DNA of 64,000 bases, taken from Camelus ferus (lineage: Eukaryota). Shown here in pieces: positions 1-12,072 of this stretch (its first letter is position 1; every line of letters starts with the position of its first letter). The notes under the pieces are model-generated. The model had not been told where the DNA came from, did no database searches, and saw nothing but the letters and a program-made list of their open reading frames with translations. The stretch is from assembly GCF_009834535.1 (NCBI RefSeq), contig NC_045697.1:40240001-40304000 (forward strand), read 5' to 3'. A program made the position numbers and the translations under genes.

Positions 1-175
1 AGTATTCTTGGTGCCCTTGTCACAGATTAGTTGACCATATACGCGTGGATTTATTTCTTGGCTCCTAATTCTGTTCCATTGGTCTTCGTGTCTGTTTTTA
101 CGCCAGTACTATAATGTGGTTTGAAATCAGGAAGTGATCCCTCCAGCTTTGTTTTTCTTTCTCAAGATGGCTTTG
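1..175 (-). mobile_element. L1 ORF2-region fragment
   Basis: Typical antisense L1 text (TTAGTTGACCATATA...TCTGTTCCATTGGTC...CCTCCAGCTTTGTTTTTCTTTCTCAAGAT). Confidence 0.8.
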
Positions 176-199
176 AGAGGCTTTCTCAGAGGCATTCCT

Positions 200-1390
200 A
201 AATATTTCATTGTACATCTCTTAAGAATAAGGACTGATCCACTTCCATAAACTTAATGCAATGATCACACCTAAGAAAATCACACCTATTAGTGATTCCA
301 TAATATCATCTAATGTACTGTGTATATTCAAATTACCGTAATTGTCCCTCAAATGTGTTTTATAGTTTTCTTTTTTAATCCAGGAGTCAATCAAAGTTTC
401 TTTTCTGCACTTGGTTGTGCCTATTTAAGCTTTTAATCTAGCACCCTCCTCAACTCCTCCCTTCTATTTCTGTCATCACATTGACTTTTTCTGTAGGACT
501 GAAAGATTTAGAAAATCAAAATAAGCTCAGGATGCTCAGTTAGTTTGAAAGTCAGAAAAACAACGAACCATCTTTTATTATAATGTGCCCCATGCTTACA
601 CTAAAAGATGATTTGTTGTTCATCTGAAATGCAAATTTAAGTGAGTGTCTTGTACTTTATCTGGCAACACTACTTTTTGGAAAGTTAGGGCCTGTTGTAT
701 CACACAGTAGCTCAATTTCTAGATTTGTTTGTTTTCTTATGATTGGAATCCATTAAACATTTTTTACAAAAGCATTTCATAGGTCATGGTGTGTCTCCTT
801 ATTGCATCACACTAGAAGGCACGTATCTGGTGGTCCCCTCAGTGAAGCTGTTTGATTCCTGGATGACAAGGGTGACTACCAAATCCTTCTAGTTAAAAGC
901 ATCTTCCTCCTGTGGAATTAGTAATTTGTGGGTGGTGTTCTGAGACCAGGTGAATATCTTGTTCCCAATAACCTTTTATGCAATGATTTTAACATTCATT
1001 AGAGATCTTTTCCTGAATCAGTATTATACTGTGGGTTGCAAAATGATTTTGTAATTTTATTATTTCTTCTACATTTATTATTATCTGGCATTTATCTGCA
1101 AAGGAGATCTTTCTTTTATGTTCTCTCTTACTAGTATCACTATATACTAATGGAATTTAAAAATTCAATTTGTCATGCTCCATTACTGCCATTATATTAC
1201 AATGTTTATTCTCCAATTACTCCAGTTTTGAATAGAAGTCCCCTTTAAGTCTGCTGTTTGGCCCCTTAGATGTGATTTCATTTTGTCTTTGAATGCTTCC
1301 TTGCCTTCTATCATTAAAAAGACTTCCCAGGCACGTTATTTACTCACCTTGTCCAAGAACAGGAATCAACCTTTTCCCAAACAGCCTGTG
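200..1390 (-). mobile_element. Old L1 (L1MC-like) 3' region, interrupted by a MITE
   Basis: AAGAATAAGGAC...ATCACACCTAAGAAAAT...TATATTCAAATT motifs of L1MC 3' ends. Confidence 0.6.
494..672. mobile_element. MER53-like palindromic hAT MITE
   Basis: Internal inverted symmetry; ends TTTATCTGGCAACACTA. Confidence 0.7.
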
Positions 1391-1399
1391 ACAGCTATC

Positions 1400-2090
1400 A
1401 GCTTGCTCCTGTTGGGCTCAGAGGCCACTGCCTCTGCCCTGCTTTGTGATACTGGAGTCGGGCCCTGTAAGCACGGTTCCTTTGCCAGCTGGCACAGTGG
1501 CACGCTTTGTCAGTAGAGGGCACTGGAAGGACGCTGCAGGAAATGGGCTCCTTGTGCTGGTGTGTGTGTGCTCTCTTCCTGCTCCCATGGAGCAGCTGCC
1601 GTGATGTGCTCACAGAACACCCTGTGGAGCTCACACCCTGGCTGGTTTTGCTGGCACCCTGGTGGGCAGCTACTTGCTCAGTTTCCTGCTCCGTTGTGGC
1701 CCATGGTTCCCTGCTTGCAGCCTCAGTCTACTGGCACTCTGGTGGGAAGGGCTCCATTTGGCAAAGTCAGCCCGCAGCTACAGACCAGGTCTGGCCCAGG
1801 ATAGCACTGCAGACTTCTCTGTCATCCCCTGGGCTGCAGTTACACCCTCTTTAATGAAGTCTGAATCTCAGCTTTGGGGAGAGGGTCCCTCTTTCCAAAT
1901 TGGTCCTTATTTGAGTATTCTCAGTTCTATGGTATTATTAAGGTTCTTCTTTTTTTTTTTTTTTTAAAGTTAATCTTCTCTGGTTAATCTCCTGTTTTTA
2001 GTTCATAATTCTTTTTGTTAAATTTTGCTTTCCCTGTTCAAATTACTGATGTGTTTCCTGTCTTCTAACTGAACCTTGACTGATAGAGTG
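1400..2090. mobile_element. Degenerate ERVL-type LTR (LTR33-like)
   Basis: GC-richer block ending TTCCCTGTTCAAATTACTG...CCTTGACTGATAGA; left boundary uncertain. Confidence 0.4.
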
Positions 2091-2325
2091 CACGGGATGG
2101 TCTTCATGGTACCACCATTCAAAGATGCAATTTCAGGATTAACTTGGTCATGCCCTTGGATTTGAGCACAGTGCTGAGCCAGTGGGAAATGGGATGCTTG
2201 TGTTCTATAGCATGTGACAACACCATCAATAAAGCTGTCACCTGTGGTTGGTTGTGATGAAATGCCAGCCAAAGCCAGTGCACTGGGAGCTCAAGGCACT
2301 GGACTGAGGATGACAAGGACGGTGG

Positions 2326-2440
2326 TGTCTTAGTCTGTTTGGGCTACTGCAGTCAACACACACATTTCTTTCTAACAGTTCTAGAGGCTGAAAGTCCAAA
2401 ATCAAAGCATTAATGTCTAGTGAGTGCTTGTTTTTTGGTC
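2326..2440 (-). mobile_element. MaLR LTR fragment (MLT1A/MST-like)
   Basis: TGTCTTAGTCTGTTTGGGCT...CAGTTCTAGAGGCTGAAAGTCCAAAATCAA. Confidence 0.65.
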
Positions 2441-2444
2441 CACT

Positions 2445-4700
2445 CTATTTATTTGCTGAAACCACAGTGTTTTTATTAGAGAGGCTTTATAGTCTGATTT
2501 AATCTTTGTTAGGGCTAGTCTTCCCTTATTGCTTTAATTTTTCCGAATTTTCGTTCATATTGTTGTATGTTTACTTTTCCACATGAATTATAGAATTAGC
2601 TTGCACAGCTCCAGAAAAAAAATTACTCTTATTTAAATTGGAATCACATTGCATTTATATGTTATTGGGGAAGAACTGACATCTTTATGATGTTGAATTT
2701 CCTATAGGAGAACAAACAATGTCTTTCCATTTGTTTAAGTCCTCTTCTTTTGGCTTACAGGAGTATTTCACAATTTTCCAAAATAGTTTTGGCATGTTTT
2801 TTAAGATTTTTATCTTTTTTTTGTTTCTGTATTAAATGACATTGTATCTTTTCAATGGTTACTGTTAATATTTTTTGCACATATGTTTTTAGTTAAATTT
2901 TATATCACGCTACCTCACAGAGCTTGTTAGTTGTTATTTTTCGTACTGATTCTCTGTTTTCTAGCTGTAGTGTTATATAATCTACATAAAGATATAAATT
3001 ATTTCTCAATTCTTATGCACCTAAATGCTTATTATTATTAGATTGTATCTTCAAAGCTAAGTTATATAGTAGCGTAGAGAGAGGACATGCTTGCTTTAGT
3101 CCTTGATCTTAATGAGAATGCCTGTAATGTGTCTCTGTTAAGTTTGATGTCATTCTTTGGGCTGAGATATAAAATATTTCATTGTGTTAGTGAGTATTCC
3201 TTAATTTTTATTTTATTTTTATGAAATTAGGAATGAGTATTGACATTAGTCAAGGGCTGTGTTACGCTTTATTATTTACTCCCAATTATTTCTTTTTTCT
3301 TCGTCTATCATGATTCATTGTGAGGGGAGGGTACTTTACCTGCACATTGGTATTGGGTTTGACCACATGACTAGCTTTGAACAATGGAATTTAATCAAAA
3401 GTGGTGATGTGTCAGTTCTGAGCCAAAGCATCATATGTTTCTGTTCACCCATCTTGTGTTCCTTCTACTCTCAGAAAGACAGGCCCCCAAGTAGTCAGTC
3501 CCAAGTAGAGAGACATATGGAACAGACCTGATCTATCCTGCAGCCTGAAGCACAACTGCCCTCTGCCAACCCACAAACTGTTGAGTGAGAAAAAGAAAAA
3601 TATTTGATGTTGTAAGTAAGCTACTGCGATATTGGGGGTGTTATTCATTACTTTCATAAGAATAGCTGACTAATACAAATTCCTTTTTAATTATCTATAG
3701 ATCTAATCATATGGCATCTTTCTCCTTAGATCTAACTATATGGTGAGTTATAGGAATGAATTTACTAATATTGAAGCATCATTGTCTGGGATTAAATCCC
3801 CCTTGATTGTGATGCATTCTTTAAACTTGATTTTAGATTCTGTCTGCTGGCATTTTATTTAGAATTTTTCCGTTGCTAGGCATGAATGAGACTGGTTTAT
3901 AGTTGTGTGTTTGCAATCATCGCTAGGTTTGAGTGCCAAAGTATTACTTGTTTCATAAAGATCATTTGAAAGTTCTCCTTTTCTGCTACAATTTAAACAG
4001 TATTGGGGTTGTCTAGTCTTTGAAGTTTTGGTATAATTCTACTGTAAAATCATTTGAAACTAGTTTTTACAGGTAGTCCTTTGATAACTTTCTCTCTTTC
4101 CACTAAAGAAATTTGTCTATTTATGCTTTCTATGGCTAGCAAAGTCAATTTTGGTAAATTGTGTTTTCTAGGAAATAATCCAGTTCATCTAGGTTTTCTA
4201 TTTGATTTGTATTGAGTTGTACAAAGTAAGTTACTTTTGAATTTTAAAATTTCCCCATGTCATTGTCATCTCTTTGTTTTTGTTCCTTATTTGTGTTTTT
4301 TACCTTTCTTCCTTTATTGGATTAGCTAGTGGTTTATCTGTTTTGCTGAATTTTTTTTTTTTTACACAAAGAACCAGCATTTTGGATTTATTTCTACAAT
4401 TTTTCTGTTCTCTACCTCATTACCTTTACTTTTAATTTTATTGTTTCCTTCCTTATGCTCTGCTTTACTTTATTTTGTTGCTCTTTTCTAAGATAGGAGC
4501 TCAATATATTTATTTTCATTTTTTTATTTTGTTGTTGCAAGAATTTAAAGCTATGGATTTTCTGCAATCACTAGTGTAACTGTACTCTATTGATTCTATG
4601 TTTTTATTATATTTCATTTTTAAGAAATTCTGCAGTTTAAATGTTTCCCCTTTTGTTCCAAGAGTTGTTCAATAGAGAATTTTTAAATTTCCAAATGGAA
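2445..4700 (-). mobile_element. Highly diverged L1M ORF2 remnant
   Basis: T-rich antisense L1 motifs (GAACTGACATCTTTATGATGTTGAAT, GAGAGGACATGCTTGCTT, TTTTATTTAGAATTTTT); split by the LTR at 3258-3677. Confidence 0.7.
3258..3677 (+). mobile_element. MLT1 (H/I/J-like) solo LTR
   Basis: GACCACATGACTAGCTTTGAACAATGGAAT core; end AATAGCTGACTAATACA. Confidence 0.75.
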
Positions 4701-5226
4701 TTTCTAGTTTTAGAAAGAGCAGAGGAGCAAGGCATGGAAATAAAGACACTTGCTCCACTTCAGGTTTCCAAAAGTTTGAGCTTTGAATGAAGTTGAAAAT
4801 TTTGACTATTATCTGAAACTTCATTTAAATTTTTTTCCAATTCTAGGAACTATTTGTTTATTATCTACACGTGATCAGAATAGGTATGCGACCTACCAAG
4901 TTGTCATCCAAGGGGAGGAATGCAATAAATTTACTGAGAAAATTAATGGAGAGTGATGAGAAACAATAAAATTGATTTGTGATTGCATTTAGACCTTCAT
5001 TAGCTTTTACATCAGGTTTGTGAAAATTAGAGAAAGGTTGCTCCCACTGATTGAAAATGGCCTACAGAGCCCGATATGGTTGGAGGGGTTCTGGCTGAAT
5101 ATCAACCCCTACTTGACCCCTGTTTCCTTTCCTAGGAACTTTAGCTTAGCCAGAAGCTGTATGGTTGATGCAGCAGGTCTTAAATTGCTCTCTATGAAGT
5201 CCAGCACGTTCATTAAAATGATTACA

Positions 5227-5232
5227 TTTATT
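5227..5232 (-). terminator. SPP1 distal poly(A) signal AATAAA
   Basis: Second TTTATT on +; minus-strand context GCAATTAATAAA resembles the human SPP1 mRNA end as recalled. Confidence 0.7.
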
Positions 5233-5309
5233 AATTGCTAGGCAACTATAGGAAACCAAATAAGAAATGCAATTGACACCACCAAACTCCTTAGATCTGA
5301 GATATAAGA

Positions 5310-5315
5310 TTTATT
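5310..5315 (-). terminator. SPP1 proximal poly(A) signal AATAAA
   Basis: TTTATT on + strand about 410 nt past the stop codon, with GT-rich sequence downstream on the minus strand. Confidence 0.8.
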
Positions 5316-5721
5316 CACACTGACAAAAATAATCACAACAAAATATATACTAATTTAAAAAACAAAAGATCATAGTGACAGAAAATTTTATATTCTCTCT
5401 TGTAAGTGTGTAAAAGTATTTTTGTTTGCTTCTACATACATTTCTATTCATAAATGGGTAGCAAACATTAAAATGCAGTGATGGTTTGCATTTCTCACAT
5501 GGAAAGAACATAGACTAAACCTTGAAGTTTTTAGTTTACGAAGGTGTTACCATGAAGCCACACACTAAACTAATAATCAAAAACATTCTGTCTCTAGATC
5601 CATATACATATACATTCACCAACTAAGCTGAGAAATAAGCATTTCATATTCTCTCCCACCTCGCTATAGTGTATTTTTTCTTTTTACTAAAAGCAAAGTA
5701 AGAAATTGTATTTTTCTGCTT

Positions 5722-6111
5722 TTAATTGACCTCAGAAGATGCACTATCTAATTCATGAGAAACGCGAAATTTCAGGTGTGTGTCTTCTTCCTCACTTTTA
5801 GGGTTTAGGACTAGCTTATCTTCATGGCTAGGAAGTTCTTGGCTGTGGACTTCAGGGCTGACTTGGGAATTTTCCTGACTATCAATCACATCGGAATGCC
5901 GGTCGCCCTCATCATCAGCCTTCAGCTTGTATTCTTCGGAATGCTCCTGGCTGTGGGTTTCCACGCTGTGGTCACTCGGCTGACTCGTCTCCTGACTGTC
6001 CTTCCACTGGCTGTTCCAGTCAGAAGCCATGTGCAGGCCCTGAGCATCAAAGATGGCCTTGTGTGCCTCGTCCGCCTCCTCACTTTCCACATGTGTCATG
6101 GCCTCTGGATG
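5722..6111 (-). CDS. SPP1: SPP1 exon 7 coding part, to stop TAA
   Basis: ATTCAG acceptor at 6112; [12 protein letters not shown]...[11 protein letters not shown]; matches ORF 5722..6120. Confidence 0.98.
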   Translation of the reverse strand, partial: HPEAMTHVESEEADEAHKAIFDAQGLHMASDWNSQWKDSQETSQPSDHSVETHSQEHSEEYKLKADDEGDRHSDVIDSQENSQVSPEVHSQELPSHEDKLVLNPKSEEEDTHLKFRVSHELDSASSEVN

Positions 6112-6284
6112 CTGAATCATAGCACAAATGGGAGAAGAATGAAATGAACAGCCAGGGATGGGAACACTGTAATTTTTTCTACTTTCTAACTTTTAGGCCA
6201 ATTTATTCTATAAAAATGTTTAAATTTGGCTGAAGCAAAAAATAATAGTAGTGTGTTACTTTTTTTTTTTACTAAGCCTTTTCA

Positions 6285-6470
6285 CGACATCATCTCCTTT
6301 AGTTTAATAGGTACAGCGATTATGTACGTGATGAAACCTAGGAGGTAGGACTCATTATCTGTTTTACATAAAAGGAAAGTGAATTGAAAGTTAAAAAGTA
6401 AAGAGAATAGTAAATGGCAAGGCTATGTGTCAAATCCAGATACTTTGACTGTAGATTCAGTGTAATTTGC
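6285..6470 (-). mobile_element. MIR in SPP1 intron 6
   Basis: CATTATCTGTTTTACAT...GTAAATGGCAAGGCT...AAATCCAGATACTTTGACT. Confidence 0.55.
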
Positions 6471-6807
6471 AACTCTACAATTCTTATGTATTTAACTTTA
6501 AAACATGACCATTATATTGTGAAAATAATCACTCTTTTCTGAAGTCTTTTTTAACCTTAAAAGGTGAATAGAAAAAAGTGCTTTAAAGCCAGGACTTGGA
6601 AAAACAGCATTGTGATTGAGAGACAAAAATTAGGAAGAAATTATGTGGACTAAAATACAAAAACCACCAGGTAGAAAAAGGTTTTGCACTCAATGATTAT
6701 AAAGTAGTAATACTTGCTGAATGAATGAATGAGTGAGGATGGGAACTCTGGTTTCCTAGAATTGGGCTCTAATCATAACCATTTGATGTGTCTTTTCAAG
6801 GATTTAC

Positions 6808-7119
6808 CTCAATTTCAGATCTGCGGAACTTCTTAGATTTTGTCCTCAGTGCATAACCAATGTTATCACCTCGGCCATCTTGTGTGTCTTCTGTGGGGAC
6901 AGCTGGAGTGAAAACTGCGGTTGCTGGAATGTCGGTGGGAAAGTCAGTGACCACCTCATCAGACTCATCAGAATGGTGAGACTCGTCAGAACGGTCAGTG
7001 TCATCGGTATGATCATCAGAGTCATTTGAGTCAACGTCCTGGCTGTCCACAGTGTCATCATCGTCATCATCCACATCGTCTGTGTGGTCAGGACTTTCAT
7101 TGGACGTACTTGGGAGGGT
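6808..7119 (-). CDS. SPP1: SPP1 exon 6: poly-Asp region, [15 protein letters not shown]
   Basis: 312 nt, [22 protein letters not shown]...[23 protein letters not shown], between TTTTAG and GTAAAT; matches ORF 6796..7074. Confidence 0.98.
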
Positions 7120-8137
7120 CTAAAAATCAAGATGGCCAGAAAAATTGGTATAAGGGTTTTTATCCTTCCTTAGCCTTTACAGTGCATTAATCTTTGACTG
7201 TCACAATCTTTGCATTCACAACAAAGCACTCAATGGCTTTTAGGAGTTAAAATGAGCACCTTCCAATTCCTTTTTAACACAATGATAAATGGAATCATAT
7301 TCTGAGGCATTTTTCTTGCTTTTTCATAAAAGTATATTCATAGGTATTTTTAAGCCAAATATTAGTATAATATTTATACTGATAACACTGTTCTTCCTTG
7401 TTCATATTAGACATTATTTAATTTACTGAATTCTATCATTCAATAAATACAGATACTTAATTGTGAGACTATTTTTCTACTTGAAATGAGAATTCAAGGA
7501 GATCACAGCATCCATATATTAATGCATACTCCCAAATCTAAAACCACCTCCCTGTTAGCATAGATAATTAATAGGTTATCCATGTATAGAAACTGTGTCT
7601 CAATTAATCAGTTAATGTCTAGTAAACTGATTAGCAAATATACTGGGTCATTTATCCAACTTTCCTTATTAGAGATCCTTAGCATCTTCAAAATCTTGAA
7701 GAAAACAGATTTACCTTATCCCTTTGCTTAGCAAATATATTAATAGTCCCAATAAAAAGAATATTTATTAAATAATAAACCATTATGTTAGGAACAGAAA
7801 TGCTCCTAGAGGCAAAATCTTGGCTTTGGTAAGCATTAATTAGATGCTTATCAAATATTAGATAAGACATCTACAAAATACCATAAATAACTTGCAAGAG
7901 GCTCAGTATTTCACCCAGACATTAGTAAACATTTCCTGCCACACTAAATGTATTTGCAGAAATCTGGTATTTCTGACATTTAGTAAATACTTGTGTTTTT
8001 TGTGAGCAAGTTTTAGATAGAAATTTTACTGGAGAATTTGCTAGTGGAATTGAATCCAGGCAATGTCACCAAGAGAAAGAGTGGCTTTTTAATCCCTCCA
8101 AGACACAATGGACCTTGGATTCAAAGTGAAAACTCAC

Positions 8138-8179
8138 CTCTTGTTTGAAGTTGTCAGTTTCTTCAGAAGATGCAGTACT
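8138..8179 (-). CDS. SPP1: SPP1 exon 5: STASSEETDNFKQE
   Basis: 42 nt between CTTCAG and GTGAGT; second SSEE motif. Confidence 0.98.
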
Positions 8180-8469
8180 CTGAAGAAGGAAGGGAACACA
8201 GTTCAGTGTATATCATATACACTTAACGTTTTAATTCAAAAGTTAGCCTTTTCCATCCAAAGCAGGTCTTATTTTGTAGCCTTATTGATGGATGCCTTAG
8301 GCAGGAAGACAACATGGCAGATCAATTGGCGTCCTAAGCTCCTGTTTACCTGCAGGCAGGAAGGATCTATTTAATCAGCCCAAATGGCCCGCTTGGTGGC
8401 TATTTTTGTGGTGATTGTTGTTTAATTGTGAGAATTTTAATTGTTATAATTAATTAACATAAAAAATAC

Positions 8470-8550
8470 CTGTGGTGCTAGGAAAGTCTGCTTCTGAGAT
8501 GGGTCAGGCTTTAGCCATGTGGCTACAGCATCCGGGTATTTGTTGTTAAG
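8470..8550 (-). CDS. SPP1: SPP1 exon 4: [27 protein letters not shown]
   Basis: 81 nt between TTTGTAG and GTATTT; conserved [10 protein letters not shown]. Confidence 0.98.
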
Positions 8551-8734
8551 CTACAAAAAAAGAGTTGCATATTTGTCATTACTGCAAAAAAGAAACAGGG
8601 ATCTCTAAGTGATAAGCTGAAAAAACAAAGGACACTTCAGCAATCTTGACGGGTAAGTATAATACACATTACAAAGTCAACCAGAGCCTTAGGTACGCCT
8701 TTCGTAATTTACTCTTTCTGGCAGATTCATTTAA

Positions 8735-8925
8735 TACACTCTTACATAGCACTTACTATGAGCCAGGCACACTTTGAAAGTGATTTACAAATACTCATCG
8801 TTTAACCCTGGCAGAGGTATCGTTATTATACATTATTCCCACTTTACAGGTCAGGAGAAGCTGGGCCGCAGTGAAGGTAAGCGGTAGTGAGCGGCAGAGC
8901 CAGGGTTCAGATCCGGTGGTTCTTC
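8735..8925 (-). mobile_element. MIR in SPP1 intron 3
   Basis: AGCACTTACTATGAGCCAGGCAC...ATTCCCACTTTACAG...GGCAGAGCCAGGGTTCAGATCC. Confidence 0.75.
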
Positions 8926-9062
8926 ACACCGACGATGCGCTGTGCCTGCCTGCTCTGTTAGCTGAAATTCCTCTCAGATGAAGCCAACTAACGCAGAGGT
9001 GCCCTTAATTAGTGTCGGTCTTCCTTGTTCCCTTTCTTACGGAACGAGGAAAAACCCTCTAA

Positions 9063-9215
9063 GGCTGTGCTGTCCAGTATGGTAACCTCTAGCCATGAAA
9101 CACACCGCTATTTCAATCTAAGTTAATTAAAAAAAAAATTTAGCTTCTCCATTGCACGGGCCACTTTTTGAGTGTTCAAGAGTCACATGTGCCTAGAGGC
9201 TACCTTAGGGGACAG
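9063..9215. mobile_element. MER3/MER33-like hAT-Charlie fragment
   Basis: GTGCTGTCCAGTATGGTAACCTCTAGCCA...AGTCACATGTGCCTAGAGGCTACC. Confidence 0.65.
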
Positions 9216-10761
9216 AGGAGTGAAAATTGCTCTGACTTTGTGTCATCTGCTGGGCTGAATGGCCCAGGACCAACCTCTTCTCATCTCTGTCACTGAGAAT
9301 AATTACCCTGGGGGTCCCGAGAGCTCCTTTACAGCCACCAAAGAGAGGGAAGACAGGAAGGAAACCAGTCAGTAGCACTTTGGGTTTTCCCATGGCTGGC
9401 TCTACCCAGAGCTGCTTCAGTTTGGGCTTCTTGGAAAGTTTTTGCTGAAAGAAGGGGTTCCTTGACTAAGAAAATGGGAAAACTACTGGTCTAGATGAGT
9501 TAAAAGGTTCCCTCTATTTTTGTCTTTAAAATATATATTGATACAAAAAGTATATACATAAATATGTTATAATGGATATATATTTAATACATATATTTCC
9601 TGATGATACATGTCGTACAGGCTTTGTTTCTATTCATAAGATAAATTTATAATTTTTTTACAGTAATATGAAGAACATATAGATAAGAAAAACAAACTAA
9701 AACCCACCCAGTAACCACATCATTCGCAGATAACCACTGTTCATCTTCAGGGGTGTCTCTTCATGGACTGTCCAGATTTCCCACTAGCTCTAAATTTCTA
9801 GGATTCTAGAAGGTTGAGCTCGTCACTTATCTCCTAAATATCACTTAACTACTTACACTGTCATGGCTTCATGTCCATATTTTATTCTATTAAAAAGACA
9901 CTAATTCTTGCCTCAAATATTGTAACTTCTGTCTTCTCTGGAAATGTTAATTTTTCTGGCTTATTATTGTGATTCAGTACTTGTATCCTTAAATCAGTTG
10001 GAAAACGGGCACACTTAACACATACCCACTTGCACGCCCAAACACATGCAGCAATAATGTCTTCATTAAGCAATCTAACTGCAGTGATCCCAGGCAGCTC
10101 TGCATTGGCCTTTATTCTGCTCATCTGGAGTTGAACTCTGTGTGCCTTTTTGTCCAAGCTCCTTGGGACAATGCCCGTTTGTTGTTTGGTTGGCACAGTT
10201 TCACCTACTGTGGAGGGGCAGGTACCTCTATTGTCTTGATTTGGTCTTATGTTTGGTTAGAGAAATGTGATCTAAAGTCATCTGACAAGCACAATAGATA
10301 CAAACAGCATAAACAGACGTTTTATGATGGGCTTCTTAGCCAGTATCTTAGGAGATACTGTGCATATTATAGTTATCCCAACTGCCCAATATGTGAGGTG
10401 AATTTTAAACTTAGCTTGCTACTAGGAAAAGCAGAAGACAGAATTCTCTGCTTCTAGAACAGTATGTTGACTCATGGAAACAAGAAGTCACACGACTTCT
10501 TAGAACTCGTTCTACATAAATGATAATGGCCTAGAGCATCATTTTATTATATTAAAAATCTAGCTTGGTTTTAAAAGAGTATATTAATTAAAAGCAATAC
10601 TGTGCTTGGTGCTGGTCTAGAACCATAGCAGGCACTCACTAAATGCTTACAAATTATTTTGTTTGACTATGAAAATAAGAAACATTGCCATATGTTTGTA
10701 GTGCAACTTGCAGCAGTTACATAAATAATTTAACTAGATGATAAACTGAAAAGATGCTTAC

Positions 10762-10800
10762 CTGCTTTTCCTCAGAGCTGCCAGAATTAGTCTGTCCAAC
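10762..10800 (-). CDS. SPP1: SPP1 exon 3: VGQTNSGSSEEKQ
   Basis: 39 nt between TTTCAAAG and GTAAGC; SSEE phosphorylation motif. Confidence 0.98.
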
Positions 10801-10911
10801 CTTTGAAACAGAAAAGGTGAAGAAAGATTATAGTGTGAATGTGTTGTTAGCACACTGAAGCACACAATTCATTTATTTTGAGGAATTTTTTTAAGATTCA
10901 GCTGTACTCAC

Positions 10912-10965
10912 TGGAAGGGCGGAGGCGATGCCCAAGAGGCAGAAGCAAATCACTGCAAGTTTCAT
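10912..10965 (-). CDS. SPP1: SPP1 exon 2 coding part (exon 10979-10912): signal peptide MKLAVICFCLLGIASALP
   Basis: TTTTACAG acceptor, 14-nt UTR, ACCATG start at 10965, donor GTGAGT at 10911. Confidence 0.98.
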
Positions 10966-12072
10966 GGTGATGATTCTTCCTGTAAAATATTTTGTAAGAA
11001 ATATTTGATCTTTTCATACCTTAAAACAGTGATACCTCCTTTTTATACTAACACATTACAAAAAATTACAAACAAATATATATTTTCTATAGAAATAGTC
11101 TCTACTTCTTAGTAAAATTTTCTTTTTAATATTATGACCTTTTGAGTTAATATTTGTAATGCCACCTGTATTCTTCCTGTCTCACTATTAGGCAAGGGAG
11201 AGAGGGATTTTACAAGCCTATATTTATTCAACTTTAAAATTTAGAGTTTCAGAGATTATATCATTGCTACCTAGTATCTTCAGCCATCTCAACCTGAAAA
11301 CAGGTCAACAGTAATTTAATTAAAATAATAAGCTAGAAATGGGAATAAAATATTTATTTTTCAGAGAAGAAAAACACAAAGAGAAAGAGAAAATAAAACT
11401 GAAAGAAACTTGCTTTCTCTATTTTCCAGCATGCATTTCAAATGTGAATTCCAACTTAAATGATTTAAAAGGTGCCACTTAGGTGAAATGAAGCTGTCTC
11501 TAAAGTTAATAATTTAAGTAAGGTATTCTAGAAATTTGAAACGAAAAAGAAAACAGTCAATGCCTTTTCTACTTTTAAGTCTACTTAATGTTATACAGGT
11601 ATTTTGGTGAAAATTTAACAGCTAAATACAGAGATAGAAATAGAAAGAGTTTTTTCCTTGAAAATAAGATAAATCAAACCATTAAAAAAATAGCATTGTC
11701 ATCAGCTTACATTAGCATTACAGACCATTTTCCTTTTAAATGCCCTCACAATCATCTATCCATTTAAAATGATGTCAATATAATCATTCCAAAGGGGCAT
11801 AGAATTTTACTTTTTTTCTGATGGCAAGAAGTAGTTGCAGTTCCTTTGAGGACTCAGTGGAAATATTTTTAAGTTTTATGTTTGACTGGCTTTCAAAATA
11901 GCCGGCCACATTTCCTGCAGATCTGCCCTCAATCTGGCATGCTTATTTAAAAGATGAGAACAATTTGTCTGATTAACAGCATTACAGTTCAAGTCTTTTC
12001 CTTACAACTTGACCTTCCCATGAAATGACACAGCACACTGGACAGCAACCCGGGAGCAGACTGCAGGCTTAC

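Noticed and set aside
1283..1967. Cluster of overlapping 77-115 aa ORFs
   Set aside because: GC-rich degenerate LTR-like sequence, mostly non-ATG starts, no recognisable domain.
5824..6147. 107-aa plus-strand ORF
   Set aside because: Antisense shadow of SPP1 exon 7.
6846..7130. 94-aa Met/Thr-rich minus-strand ORF
   Set aside because: Alternative frame of the GAT/GAC-rich exon 6; no independent support.
9882..10196. 104-aa ORF as an intact OPN5-type coding exon
   Set aside because: Starts at GTG, has ACG at the human ATG position, shifts frame relative to the recalled human peptide and lacks the matching donor. Kept as a non-coding finding.
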